Source: Candidatus Hydrogenedentota bacterium
GTDB lineage: Bacteria; Hydrogenedentota; Hydrogenedentia; Hydrogenedentales; CAILVY01
Length of the DNA stretch: 64,000 nt
Reading direction: 5' to 3'
Assembly (NCBI GenBank): GCA_029565395.1
Contig: JAKQOG010000290.1
Span: 24,035-88,034 of the forward strand
The translations under genes were made by a program, and so were the position numbers. Of the stretch, positions 1 to 12,028 are shown piece after piece. The notes beneath the pieces are model-generated. The model did no database searches and was not told the DNA's origin. It saw only the letters and a program-made list of their open reading frames with translations. Every line of letters starts with the position of its first letter. The first letter of the stretch is position 1.

Positions 1-1
1 C

Positions 2-589
2 GGCGAAGTAGTCGCATCCACCTTCGATGAACCTGCCGAACGTCATGTGCAAGTGGCCGAGATGGTGTTGAATAAAGCCAAACGTCTCGTTGAGCACAAG
101 CGCGACGTAGTGATTCTGCTGGACTCCATCACGCGTCTCGCACGCGCGTATAACGTGATTGTTCCGGCAAGCGGCAAGGTGCTTTCAGGCGGTGTCGACT
201 CCAATGCCCTGCAACGCCCAAAACGCTTCTTCGGCGCGGCCCGCAATATGGAAGAAGGCGGCAGCTTGACCATCCTCGCCACGGCGCTGGTGGAAACCGG
301 CAGCCGCATGGACGACGTGATCTTTGAAGAATTCAAGGGCACCGGCAACATGGAAATTCACCTGGATCGCCGCTTGATGGAGAAACGCATCTTCCCCGCG
401 CTGGACGTCCACAAGTCCCGCACCCGCAAGGAAGAACTCCTGGTGGCCCAGGAAGAACTCGAACGCATCTGGCTGCTCTTGCGCGTGTTGAGCCCCCTCG
501 AAATCGTGGAAGCGACCGAATTGCTCATCGAAAAACTCAAGAAGACGCAATCCAACGCCGAGTTCCTTGCAATGATGCAGAAAATGTAA
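2..589 (+). CDS. rho: Transcription termination factor Rho, C-terminal portion (5' end lies outside the window; listed ORF 47..589 begins at an internal Met)
   Basis: Translation matches the Rho RecA-like ATPase core and C-terminus ([75 protein letters not shown]). Followed by a strong intrinsic terminator. Confidence 0.9.
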   Translation, partial: GEVVASTFDEPAERHVQVAEMVLNKAKRLVEHKRDVVILLDSITRLARAYNVIVPASGKVLSGGVDSNALQRPKRFFGAARNMEEGGSLTILATALVETGSRMDDVIFEEFKGTGNMEIHLDRRLMEKRIFPALDVHKSRTRKEELLVAQEELERIWLLLRVLSPLEIVEATELLIEKLKKTQSNAEFLAMMQKM

Positions 590-619
590 TCGCTGCACCG
601 ATTCTGCCGGAAATACTCC

Positions 620-668
620 GGGACGGCTGTCGGCGGCCATATGCCACAGACAGCCGTCCCGATTTTTT
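620..668. terminator. Rho-independent terminator between convergent rho (+) and the histidine kinase gene (-)
   Basis: Perfect 12-bp stem GGGACGGCTGTC (620-631) / GACAGCCGTCCC (649-660) with a 17-nt loop, then GATTTTTT (661-668). The palindrome also gives an A-run on the opposite strand, so it is potentially bidirectional. Confidence 0.8.
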
Positions 669-707
669 ACTGAAATTTCTGGTGGAGCAAGGCGGTTCTT
701 TGCCTAT

Positions 708-3209
708 TTACACCTGTGCTTCACCCTTATCCAGGGCTTTGCGAACCGCCAGACCCAGTTCATTCCCCAAAATGGGTTTATAAACAAAGTCGCGAATTCC
801 CGCCTCACGGGCGTCTTCAGGGGAAACAGACTCACTGAAGCCGGTCGCGAGGATAATGGGCAGATCCGGGCGCTCTTTCAGCATGGCCTGTGCCACCTGC
901 ATGCCCGTCATGCCGGGCATCATCTGATCCATTAATACCAGATCGAATTTAAAGGGGGCGTCCCGAAAACACTGCAAAGCGGCGAGACTATCACAAAAGG
1001 GGGTAATCTGATATCCCAACTGCCCGAGCATTTCAGTCCAAAGACCCACCAATTGCGGTTCATCATCCAGCACTAAAATATGTTCGGAACCCCGCAGCAC
1101 TTCCATTGCAACGCCCTTGGCCGGTTCTTCACCCTGGTAGCGGGGCAAATACACTTGAAATAGAGAACCCTTTCCCACTTGGCTTTCCACGGCAACAACT
1201 CCCTTTAGACTGGTCACAATGCCATGCAGGATAGCCAAGCCCATGCCCGTGCCTTCGCCCACGCCCTTGGTGGTAAAAAAAGGCTCGAAAATGCGTTCTA
1301 TCGTCTGCGCATCCATGCCATGACCAGTGTCCGAAACAGAGAGCCGGACATACTCTCCGGATTCGAGATCGCCATGGGGAGTATGGATTGGGATATCGAC
1401 ACGTATGGGTTCCACCCGCAGTTCCAATACGCCGCCGGTGATGCGCATGGCGTGTTGGGCGTTCGTGCACAAGTTAAGGAAGACCTGGTGCATTTGCCCT
1501 GGGTCTGCAAAAACCGCGCCGGCATTGGCGTCAATGTACGCCCGCACTTCAATGTTGGCTGGCGTGGAAGCGCGTAACAGGGCCAGTGTTTCCTTGGCAA
1601 TTAGATGCACATGCACCGCTGTGCGCTCCTGGTCGGTCTGACGGCTGAAAATCAGGATCTGCCGCACCAATTCCTTGGCGCGGTTCCCGGCCTTGAGAAT
1701 TTCATTGAAATGCCGCTGGAAGGGACTGTTTGGCTCCAGCTTGCGCAAGGCGAGTTCGCTAAAGCCGAGTATGGAGGAAAGGATATTATTGAAGTCATGG
1801 GCAATGCCGCCGGCCAGAGTGCCGATGGCTTGCATTTTTTGTCCCTGAATCAACTGTGATTCCAATCGGGCTTTATCCTGTTCCGCACGTTGGCGTTCCG
1901 CCATCTCCTGTTGGAGTTGTTCATTGGTCCGGGTTAGATCCGCAGTGCGTTCGGCCACGCGCCGTTCCAGCGAATCAAAGGCATGACGCAGGGATTCTTC
2001 CGCGCGTTGGCGTTCCCGGCAGGCACTGACCATCTCCGCAGCGGTCTGGAGCACGCGAATTTCATCGGTAGACCATCCATGGGCCGTCTGCGTCTCATCA
2101 AATCCAAGAAAGCCGCGCCATTGACCTTCCCAGCCGATAGGCAACAACAATACCGCCTGAGCGCCATAGGGAGTCAGCCAAACACGTTCAGCCTCAGGAA
2201 GATTCTCCACTGAACCCGCAATGGGTTTCCCATAGGCCATCTCCTGCTGCCATCGCTCAAAACCCGGCGTGTACGCCACGCGGACGGGCGCGGTGGTGTG
2301 ATGCCACTGCACTTTGGCCGGATCCCAGGCCTGATGCGTCATCCGCATGCACAATCCCAGTTCCGGGTCCTGATCATTTTCAAATACATATACATGACTG
2401 GCGCCGGAAATGGTCAGCAGTTGATGCAGTGCCTTATTCAGCGCCTCTTCCGGCTCCCCGCTGGCCAACAACATATGCGAACAGGCCGCCAGCCCTTCTT
2501 CAATCCGAAGCCGGTTGGCCAATGTAGCCTCCGCGCGCCGCCGCTCCCCCAATTCCACCCGCAATTGCTCATTTACTTCCGCCAAAGCCGCGGTGCGTTC
2601 CTGCACCTTAGCCTCCAACGCCCGGTGAGCATCTTTCAGGGCGCGTTTGGCGCGGCGGCGCTCAGCGATATTTTCAAACAACCGCTTGCGCTCCGCCTGA
2701 AGTTCCCGCAATATCTCCTCATTCTCAAGAAGCGCAAAACAAAATCCCGCCAGAAGCAACAAAGACCCAAATATTACCGTCGTTTGTTCCAGCATCCGGT
2801 GCGAGGGGGTATCCTTGGCCAGAAGCGGGATAGCTTGCCCCCAGGATAATTCATCGATAATATCAAACACTTGAAAGACGATGCCGCAGACCACTCCGGA
2901 AAAAATCGCAATGCGAACCATCGGCGCCGTATGCACGCGGGCAAACACATACACACCCACCGCAAGCAATACGGCCAGGGAAACAAAGCCGGAAAGATCC
3001 CGGGCTTCCGCGCCTATGAAATTGTATTCAAAAAGGAGCCGCGCCACGATTTCCACAAGGGCGCATACGGCCAGGGCCAACACCACCCAGCGCATGGCGA
3101 TTCCTTTGTCATAAGGAAGCCGCCGAAACCGGTCTAATTGCCGCCCAAGGGATGACGGTTCAACAAAATCCACCGAACTGTCGGACGTATCAAAATTCTG
3201 CGGGGACAT
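708..3209 (-). CDS. Hybrid sensor histidine kinase/response regulator (N-terminal TM segments, PAS/GAF-like region, coiled coil, HisKA, HATPase_c, C-terminal REC domain)
   Basis: H-box motif HDFNNILSSILGFSE, ATPase G-box GMGLAI, and a C-terminal receiver (ILVLDDEP...FDLVLMDQMMPGMTG...PIILATGFS). 833 aa. Confidence 0.85.
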   Translation of the reverse strand: MSPQNFDTSDSSVDFVEPSSLGRQLDRFRRLPYDKGIAMRWVVLALAVCALVEIVARLLFEYNFIGAEARDLSGFVSLAVLLAVGVYVFARVHTAPMVRIAIFSGVVCGIVFQVFDIIDELSWGQAIPLLAKDTPSHRMLEQTTVIFGSLLLLAGFCFALLENEEILRELQAERKRLFENIAERRRAKRALKDAHRALEAKVQERTAALAEVNEQLRVELGERRRAEATLANRLRIEEGLAACSHMLLASGEPEEALNKALHQLLTISGASHVYVFENDQDPELGLCMRMTHQAWDPAKVQWHHTTAPVRVAYTPGFERWQQEMAYGKPIAGSVENLPEAERVWLTPYGAQAVLLLPIGWEGQWRGFLGFDETQTAHGWSTDEIRVLQTAAEMVSACRERQRAEESLRHAFDSLERRVAERTADLTRTNEQLQQEMAERQRAEQDKARLESQLIQGQKMQAIGTLAGGIAHDFNNILSSILGFSELALRKLEPNSPFQRHFNEILKAGNRAKELVRQILIFSRQTDQERTAVHVHLIAKETLALLRASTPANIEVRAYIDANAGAVFADPGQMHQVFLNLCTNAQHAMRITGGVLELRVEPIRVDIPIHTPHGDLESGEYVRLSVSDTGHGMDAQTIERIFEPFFTTKGVGEGTGMGLAILHGIVTSLKGVVAVESQVGKGSLFQVYLPRYQGEEPAKGVAMEVLRGSEHILVLDDEPQLVGLWTEMLGQLGYQITPFCDSLAALQCFRDAPFKFDLVLMDQMMPGMTGMQVAQAMLKERPDLPIILATGFSESVSPEDAREAGIRDFVYKPILGNELGLAVRKALDKGEAQV

Positions 3210-3315
3210 CTATTAGTACAGCCTTTTGTATTCTCATAATCACCTGATCATAACTTTACCACAAAACAGGTCTAAAATACCGTCCCAATTCGCCATTCTT
3301 CTTTTATAGGCCATT

Positions 3316-4920
3316 TTAGTGATAGCGAATATACATATATCCGACGGCCGCCGTCACGAGCGCCCACCAAAAGGCCGGATTTTTCAGCCCGCGCATGCGC
3401 GCGCGAAGTTCCGGCGGCATTCGCAGGCTCTCCCGGGTCCAAATTAGATGACAAATCTCCGCTTCAGGTTTGGGGGTGGTTACAAGGCTCACGGCCATCC
3501 CTGTGAGCATACAGGCCCAGAATACAATCCCCGTGCGGTTGAAAAAAGGGTGCAGGTACTGTCCGAGGGCATCAGGCAGCCGTGGGGTGAGCAATTCAAG
3601 AGCGACCGTCAAGGGAATGGTCAGAATCCCTGCGGCCAGCGCACCCGCATGCGTGGTGCGTTTCCAGAGCACTCCGAGCAGGAACATAGTGGCAATGCCG
3701 GGCGTGACATAGCCGTAGGCGTTAAAGAGGTATATGAATATGGGACGGTCCGAGGATTTGATCAAAACAGACGCCCACAGGATACCCATGACTACAATCG
3801 CCACGCCCATGATGCGGCCAAACAATACCGCCTGCCGGTCTTCTGCTTTTGGATTAATGAAGGGGAGGTAAAAGTCCACCGTGAGAATAGTGGTGCAGGA
3901 ATTGACCGCCCCGGAAATGTGCGACATAATCGCCGCGATAAGCCCCGCCATGACCAGCCCCACCAATCCCTGGGGCAATAAATGTCCGACCAGAGTGGGA
4001 AAGGCCATATCCGGCTTTTCGAGGTTGGGAAACAATATGGGGGCCAGCATGCCGGGGATTACAACGATAAGCGGCAGGAAGAATTTCAGATAATCGGCGA
4101 ATACCACGCCCATTCGCGCATGCCATTCATCCTTCGCGGCCAGCGTCCGTTGAACAATGAACTGATTCGCAGCGCAATAAAATACACTGAGGCAAAGAAT
4201 ACCTCCCAGAAAAGATGTCCACGGGAAATCAGGATCTGTAGCGGGAAGCAATAGTTCCCACGAACCCGAAGTAGCCATGACTCCCTGCCAGCCACCCACG
4301 GCATGAATGGTAGCGAAGGATAGAATAAGCCCCCCGGTCAGCAATACTACTAACTGAAACATTTCGGTCCAGACCACGGCGCGCAATCCGCCGGCGATGG
4401 TGTATATTCCGGTGAATAAGGCAAGCCCAATAATGCTGGCGTTCAAGTTCCAGCCAAACAACGTTTCGAGAGCGATGGCGCCCATATACAACACCGCGCT
4501 GATTTCCACGAAGATATATACAATTAGAATCAACGCGGCAAAAACCGTGCGCGCTGCGCGGCCAAAGCGCTGATCGAGGAATTCAGGCATGGTGTAGAAA
4601 TTGTTGCGCAAATAGAAGGGCAGAAAAATCCATAATAACGCATTAAACCCGATCAGGATGGTGGGCCACTCAATGGTCATGGCGGCAAACCCGCGGGCAT
4701 ACGCGGTGCCGATTACGCCGATGAAATGATGGCTGCTGACATTCGCCGCCACGATGCTTCCGCCGATCATCCACCAGGGCAGGCGATCTCCCGCAAGGAA
4801 GTAGTTTCTCTTGCTGCTTCCCGCGCGCCGCGAGGCGATGATGCCCAGCAGTACTATGCCCGCAAGATAGACTGTAAAGACAATCCCGTCCAGCCATCCA
4901 AGATTTACAACGGCATCCAT
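3316..4920 (-). CDS. Sodium:solute symporter family (SSF/SSS) transporter; longest ORF extends to 4971, and the Met at 4920 lies just before TM1
   Basis: About 13 predicted TM helices and SSF-like N-terminus (NYFLAGDRLPWWMIGGSIVAANVSSHHFIGVIGTAY); Pro/Gly-rich membrane core. Confidence 0.8.
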   Translation of the reverse strand: MDAVVNLGWLDGIVFTVYLAGIVLLGIIASRRAGSSKRNYFLAGDRLPWWMIGGSIVAANVSSHHFIGVIGTAYARGFAAMTIEWPTILIGFNALLWIFLPFYLRNNFYTMPEFLDQRFGRAARTVFAALILIVYIFVEISAVLYMGAIALETLFGWNLNASIIGLALFTGIYTIAGGLRAVVWTEMFQLVVLLTGGLILSFATIHAVGGWQGVMATSGSWELLLPATDPDFPWTSFLGGILCLSVFYCAANQFIVQRTLAAKDEWHARMGVVFADYLKFFLPLIVVIPGMLAPILFPNLEKPDMAFPTLVGHLLPQGLVGLVMAGLIAAIMSHISGAVNSCTTILTVDFYLPFINPKAEDRQAVLFGRIMGVAIVVMGILWASVLIKSSDRPIFIYLFNAYGYVTPGIATMFLLGVLWKRTTHAGALAAGILTIPLTVALELLTPRLPDALGQYLHPFFNRTGIVFWACMLTGMAVSLVTTPKPEAEICHLIWTRESLRMPPELRARMRGLKNPAFWWALVTAAVGYMYIRYH

Positions 4921-4964
4921 GTTTTCCTCCGCACCATGTTGGGCAACCTGCTGGAACTCCCCAA

Positions 4965-6128
4965 TTACCAAAGAGGCGGCTTATATGCAGCGGTTAACGT
5001 ATGCCCGCTGAGCGGGGGGTGCAACGCATTTACGTCAATGCCCATGCGGGTTAAAATGGTCGGGGTGATGTCTTCACGCATTCCCCGGCGTTTGACTTTC
5101 GCGTCGTTGGTGGCGAGAAACACATACGGGGCATCGGCATGGGTCTTTATACCTTCGTCAAATCCATGATCCGCCGTGACATACACCAGCGTCTTGTCAT
5201 ACAAGCCAAGGTCTTTAAGCTTCTGTAAAATGGCCCCCGTCAAGGTATCGGCAGCAATAAGCGCGTGAGTATATTCAGGTGAATTTTCCCCGAACATGTG
5301 GCCCGCATCGTCAATCTCCCCAAAATGCACAAAGAAAAAGAACGGCTGATCTTTGTATTTGTCTATCAGTTCAAGCGTTTTTTCCCCCACCACCGCATCT
5401 TTATGAAGCCCATTTATGAACACATCAATGCCGTCTTTCATATGGAAATACGGCTTTCCTGGAATAAAACGGTATTTTTTCCCATTCTCTTCGATTATTT
5501 TCCCTTCCGCGGGTTTTCGCTTCTGGGGCCGCTGGGGAGTCTGTTCCGCTGGAGGAGTCGGTTCAGGCGGGGCAGGTTCCATGGACGAAGACACGGGCAG
5601 TTCACTCTCTGAAGAGGCGGCGGATTGTCCCGGAACTGGACGGGCCTTTGTGGGCTTTTTCGTGGGGGCGGGTTTAGGAGGTTCTGCGGCAGGCGCTTCA
5701 TCGAGAGGGATCTTCTGCGGGCCAATGGCTTCCATGTGTTCCCGTTTGCAAATCACGGCCACGGTAATGATATTGTCTTTCCCGAAATAGTTTTCCAGGC
5801 GTTCCGGCAGGGTATACCCCTTGGGAATGGACCAACTGCGCGCATTGCTGAACACGCCGGTGAATTCCGGTTCGTATCCAGTCAGAATCTGCGTCCATCC
5901 GGCTTTAGTGTCGGTCGTGCGAAGGATATCTATAGCCACCAATGCGCCTTCCTCACCGAGTGCTGTAAGATGAGGCAGTTCGCCTCGATCCATACATTCC
6001 TTTATATGATTGCGCTGTGCGGCATCCCATCCAATCAGGACGACATTGTACGGGGGGCCTCCGGCCATTGCCGTGGAGACCGCCAGTAAAATAGAGCCCA
6101 ATACCAGCAACAATATATACTTGTACAT
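4965..6128 (-). CDS. Secreted alkaline-phosphatase-superfamily enzyme, type I phosphodiesterase/nucleotide pyrophosphatase (NPP)-like, with a ~70-aa Pro/Glu/Ser-rich low-complexity insertion
   Basis: Signal peptide (MYKYILLLVLGSILLAVSTAMA). VLIGWDAAQRNH resembles the NPP LLISxDGFR block; VHFGEIDDAGHMFG resembles the NPP metal-binding PDxxGH block; VYVTADHGF. Insertion DEAPAAEPPKPAPTKKPTKARPVPG...PAPPEPTPPAEQTPQRPQKRKPAEG in mid-protein. Confidence 0.65.
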   Translation of the reverse strand: MYKYILLLVLGSILLAVSTAMAGGPPYNVVLIGWDAAQRNHIKECMDRGELPHLTALGEEGALVAIDILRTTDTKAGWTQILTGYEPEFTGVFSNARSWSIPKGYTLPERLENYFGKDNIITVAVICKREHMEAIGPQKIPLDEAPAAEPPKPAPTKKPTKARPVPGQSAASSESELPVSSSMEPAPPEPTPPAEQTPQRPQKRKPAEGKIIEENGKKYRFIPGKPYFHMKDGIDVFINGLHKDAVVGEKTLELIDKYKDQPFFFFVHFGEIDDAGHMFGENSPEYTHALIAADTLTGAILQKLKDLGLYDKTLVYVTADHGFDEGIKTHADAPYVFLATNDAKVKRRGMREDITPTILTRMGIDVNALHPPLSGHTLTAAYKPPLW

Positions 6129-6355
6129 GCCTCGACTCCTCTGTATGTGGCGCTTGTCGCAGCAGGCAGGCCATAATAATCGCCAAAAACAACGGAAGTG
6201 TCAAAAAAATCATGACCGGTTTAAAAAGGTTTTATTCCAGACACCCCATGTGAGAAGATAGAAGCGCGGGAAGAAGTCCGATTCTGACGCAGGGAGTGGA
6301 TTACATCATCGATAAGCGTATTCCCCGATTGGAATCATCAAGTCAGGAAGTTACA

Positions 6356-7672
6356 ATGGCGGCACAATTAAGCTGGCGGGAAAAAATTCTCTATGGGTTG
6401 GGCGGCATGGCGATGAGCCTGCCGGATACGGTATTTACTCAATGGATCTTCATGCGGTATGTGCCCAATGCGCAAGAAGCCGTGGTCAATGTAAAGCTTT
6501 TTGGGTTTTTTTATTTTACCGCGCGTATTGTGGGGGCAATCGCGGAGCCCGTCATTGGAAATTGGAGCGATAATTTCCGTTCGCCTTCCGGACGGCGGCT
6601 TCCCTTTGTGCGCCGCACCTTAATTCCCTTTGCCTTCGCCTTCTTTATGATGTGGTTTCCGCCGGTTCAGGGCATGCACTGGGTAAATGCGGTTTATGCC
6701 TATGTGATGATTCAAGCCTATCTGCTGTGTTTCCCCACCGTGATTACGCCTTATTTGGCGCTCATGCCGGAATTAACCCCTGATCTGAACGAACGGGTAA
6801 CCTTAACAACCTTGCAGGCGGTCGCCATAATGCTGGGCACCATTCTTTTCGCGGTCATGGGCATTGTATTAAAGGTGGGCGGATGGCTGGCGTTAGGCCT
6901 TTCGGTAAGTTTCCTGATGATAGTGGCCATGGCGCCAACCGCCCTGACAATTCGCGAGCGTATCTCCGAACACCGTCAACATGAAAAGCAAAACATCTTC
7001 CGCTCCATCCGGTCCATGCTGGACAATCGCCCCTATGTCTATCTGGTCCTTTCCACAACATTGTTTTTCTTCGGTTTTAACAGTGTAGTCATGGCCCTGC
7101 CTTTCTGGGTGAAGATTTATCTGGGAAAGGGGGAAGACATGGTTACTTATCTGATGGCGCCATTTCTGGTGGTGACGATGGTGTTGTTCACGGCGGTGGG
7201 CCCCGCGGTAAAGGTGGTGGGTAAACGCCTGCTGTTCCTTTTCACCATGATTTCCATCACGGTATTGCTGGGGCTGTTTTCCTGTGTCGGTTTTTTCCCT
7301 TTGGGCAGCCCACTCCTGCAAACGGCGGTCCTGGTGGCATTGGTGGGAGTGCCCATGACCGGGTTTACCGTATTGCCGTTTACCTTGCTGGCGGATGTTA
7401 TCGATTATGACGAGAAACGCACCGGACAGCGGCGAGAAGCGCTCTTTTTTGCATTCCAAGGCACCATACAAAAAGTGGGGCTGGCCTTTTCAGGGATTTC
7501 GTTTAGCCTTATTGCCTTTCTTGGTTCCGGCAATGAGGCCTCGGAAATGGGGTTGCGGTGTGTATTGATCCTGGCGGCTGTCAGCAGTCTGGCGGGTTTC
7601 TGCGTTTTTCTCAAGTACCCGCTTCGGGAGCGAGAGGGCAAAGTGGAGATGATCGACAACGAAGGAGAATGA
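6356..7672 (+). CDS. MFS transporter, glycoside-pentoside-hexuronide (GPH):cation symporter-like
   Basis: 12 TM organisation and GPH-like N-terminus (KILYGLGGMAMSLPDTVFTQWIFMRY). RBS AGGAAG 8 nt upstream of ATG 6356; longest ORF starts at 6296. Confidence 0.75.
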   Translation: MAAQLSWREKILYGLGGMAMSLPDTVFTQWIFMRYVPNAQEAVVNVKLFGFFYFTARIVGAIAEPVIGNWSDNFRSPSGRRLPFVRRTLIPFAFAFFMMWFPPVQGMHWVNAVYAYVMIQAYLLCFPTVITPYLALMPELTPDLNERVTLTTLQAVAIMLGTILFAVMGIVLKVGGWLALGLSVSFLMIVAMAPTALTIRERISEHRQHEKQNIFRSIRSMLDNRPYVYLVLSTTLFFFGFNSVVMALPFWVKIYLGKGEDMVTYLMAPFLVVTMVLFTAVGPAVKVVGKRLLFLFTMISITVLLGLFSCVGFFPLGSPLLQTAVLVALVGVPMTGFTVLPFTLLADVIDYDEKRTGQRREALFFAFQGTIQKVGLAFSGISFSLIAFLGSGNEASEMGLRCVLILAAVSSLAGFCVFLKYPLREREGKVEMIDNEGE

Positions 7673-7675
7673 ACC

Positions 7676-9646
<1,971 letters not shown>

Positions 9647-9692
9647 AAAATAAATGTCGTTAACCTGAAAATGTGAACGCCATGAGGCAAAA

Positions 9693-12026
9693 ATGATCAA
9701 AAAAGGTTCCTTTCTTCTACTGACGTGTTATTTACTCGCGGTCATGATGCCCTATCTCGCCGTGGCGGAGGATTTTTCGGTTTCATTGACGGTGACCGCT
9801 GAATTACCGTTTCCGCGGGTGCCGATGGATCCGGCCATCGATTTTAAGAAACTGCTCCAAACGGCGAATGCATCCGGAGCACTAGATCCGAATTCCATTG
9901 AGGTGGTGGATACCGTTACCAATGAAACAATTCCTTGTGCCCTTGGCGAGAACTTCGCCAATGATGACGTGGGCCGTGTGGAATGGGTGATCACCAATCC
10001 GGAACATAAAAACTATGAGATCCGGTTTTCAACTGTGCCGGCGCGCCCCATGCTCCTCCCGAAAATTTATACTCCGCCTATCGGCACAGGAGATTTGCTC
10101 CGGTATAATGCAGGGGCGCCACGGCCTGTCATGGTGTCGTATCCCGCAGGACTCGTGGATCTTACCGGCGACGGGAAACAGGATTTAGTAGGCTGTTGGA
10201 ATTACGCCTACCGGCCCGGACTGCCATGGGACGGTATTGTCTGCTATCCGCGTGTGGGCGGCCCGGAATCGTTTGCGTTTGGCAATCTTGCCCATGTGCA
10301 GTACGTAGACAAACCGGGCTCCACAGACTATAAAATCTTAAGCACTGTTTACATGACCGTTGCATTCGCGGATCTGAATCAGGACGGTTTGGTGGATTAT
10401 GTATTTTCGCCGCGCAATGGCGATTCGCTGTATCTGTATCTGAATACCGGCGCGCGGGACGCAGGAGGCATGCCGGTGTTTACTCCGGCGGGTGATCTGC
10501 CGCGGCCCCCGGGCACTTGGCTGCCTTGTCATGTAGTGGACCTGAATCGCGATGGCCAATTGGACGTCGTAGTGGGCAGTGTATACCGGGGCAATCCGCT
10601 GCACACCTATTACCTGAAAAACAAAAACAAAAAGGGGTGGCCCATTAAATTCGAGGAACCGATCCCATTGACGCTGGGGAAAGGCCCCTGCTTTTTCGAC
10701 CTGGACGAAGATGGCGCCCTGGATGCCTTGTCCCTTGCGGATATCCCCCATGGCGCACCCTCTGAGGCCGTTATCGTATGGCAGAAAAACCTGGGCGGCG
10801 ATCCTCCTTCCTTCAGCGATCCGCAACATATCGCGGGCGTCGAACCGGTGTATCCCGATAATCTCCATGCCGTTACGGACGGTCCGCACAAAGGTTTGTT
10901 AATCACAGACAACGTATACCAAAATGTCACGTTTTATGAACATGCCCCCACGGCGGACAACAAAGCCACCTTTAAGCAATATGCCCGCGCGCAATCCATG
11001 TCGGCGGTGATGTCCCTGAGTGATCAGGCCTGGCCGTGGGTGTGCGATTGGGATCATGACGGCGACCAGGATCTGCTGATCGGCGGCGGGTATGGCTGGC
11101 CGCGAATCGTTATCAACGAAGGAACGAAAGACAAACCGGCCTATGCCGAGCCGCGGCCCATCCTCTCGCAAGGCAAACCTATCCGGCTGCTGCGGAACGA
11201 GATTCTTGGAGAACCTTTCCACGAACATAACATGGGCTATTCGTATCCGGTATATGTGGATTGGGATGACGACGGTCTGGAGGATCTGATGTTGCCCAAT
11301 GAGACCAACCGCATATTCTGGCACAAGAACATCGGATCGCGTGCCACACCCGAATTCGGTCCCCAACAACAACTCCTGGTGGACGGTTACGAAGACTCCA
11401 AAGAAAAACGCGCTCTTTCGGCCAAACGCGCCGTGGACGCCACCTATCCCAATGAAGCCGAACAGCCCTTTTTCTGGCGGACCGGTGCAGCATTCGCCGA
11501 TTGGAACGGCGACGGCATAATGGATCTTGCAACACTGGACGGGTATACACGGCGGCTCACCCTGTTCACCCAACGGCGCAGCATAACCAACAGGCTTATT
11601 CTCAAAAAAGAAGAATTCTTGCGCCTGAAAGACAACCGTTTTATCGACGACAGCATTGTAGATCGCAGTGCACATTGGACCGAGTCGTTCCGGCCAGTGG
11701 ACTGGGATGGCGATGGATTATTGGATCTGGTGTATAGTTGCGCGGGCACAGCCCCCATCAATGGAAGCATGTATCTGTTGCGTAATGTGGGTGACAAGAC
11801 CGCGCCGCTGTTTGACACGCCGCGGACATTCTGCTGTTTTGGTCAACCCATTAAGATCACAGATCATGGCCCCAGCGCCTGGGCCGGCGACATGGACGGG
11901 GATGGCAAACCGGACTTGTTGACGTGCGTGGAATGGAGCGTCTACCCCTTTTATGCGCATGCAGCGCTTGAAATGACCGAACGGCCAACCTGCGAACTTG
12001 GAACCCTCCAAAAAAGGGGGAATTAA
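9693..12026 (+). CDS. Secreted FG-GAP/VCBS-repeat beta-propeller protein (integrin-alpha-like Ca-binding repeats; ASPIC/UnbV or rhamnogalacturonan-lyase-like propeller)
   Basis: Signal peptide, then at least 9 DxDxDGxxD loops (VDLTGDGKQDLV, ADLNQDGLVDYV, VDLNRDGQLDVV, FDLDEDGALDAL, CDWDHDGDQDLL, VDWDDDGLEDLM, ADWNGDGIMDLA, VDWDGDGLLDLV, GDMDGDGKPDLL). Confidence 0.75.
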   Translation: MIKKGSFLLLTCYLLAVMMPYLAVAEDFSVSLTVTAELPFPRVPMDPAIDFKKLLQTANASGALDPNSIEVVDTVTNETIPCALGENFANDDVGRVEWVITNPEHKNYEIRFSTVPARPMLLPKIYTPPIGTGDLLRYNAGAPRPVMVSYPAGLVDLTGDGKQDLVGCWNYAYRPGLPWDGIVCYPRVGGPESFAFGNLAHVQYVDKPGSTDYKILSTVYMTVAFADLNQDGLVDYVFSPRNGDSLYLYLNTGARDAGGMPVFTPAGDLPRPPGTWLPCHVVDLNRDGQLDVVVGSVYRGNPLHTYYLKNKNKKGWPIKFEEPIPLTLGKGPCFFDLDEDGALDALSLADIPHGAPSEAVIVWQKNLGGDPPSFSDPQHIAGVEPVYPDNLHAVTDGPHKGLLITDNVYQNVTFYEHAPTADNKATFKQYARAQSMSAVMSLSDQAWPWVCDWDHDGDQDLLIGGGYGWPRIVINEGTKDKPAYAEPRPILSQGKPIRLLRNEILGEPFHEHNMGYSYPVYVDWDDDGLEDLMLPNETNRIFWHKNIGSRATPEFGPQQQLLVDGYEDSKEKRALSAKRAVDATYPNEAEQPFFWRTGAAFADWNGDGIMDLATLDGYTRRLTLFTQRRSITNRLILKKEEFLRLKDNRFIDDSIVDRSAHWTESFRPVDWDGDGLLDLVYSCAGTAPINGSMYLLRNVGDKTAPLFDTPRTFCCFGQPIKITDHGPSAWAGDMDGDGKPDLLTCVEWSVYPFYAHAALEMTERPTCELGTLQKRGN

Positions 12027-12028
12027 GC

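Noticed and set aside
185-640. 151-aa ORF antisense to rho, plus many similar antisense or out-of-frame ORFs inside large genes (e.g. 1129..1470, 1298..1600, 10338..10889, 10899..11675, 24345..25142, 29359..30360, 31829..32599, 32612..33643, 38312..39430, 57326..57997, 57988..58896, 58172..58891)
   Set aside because: High-GC genomes generate long stop-free antisense frames. These ORFs lie wholly inside strongly supported genes on the other strand, have Arg/Ala/Gly/Pro-biased low-complexity composition, and have no motifs.
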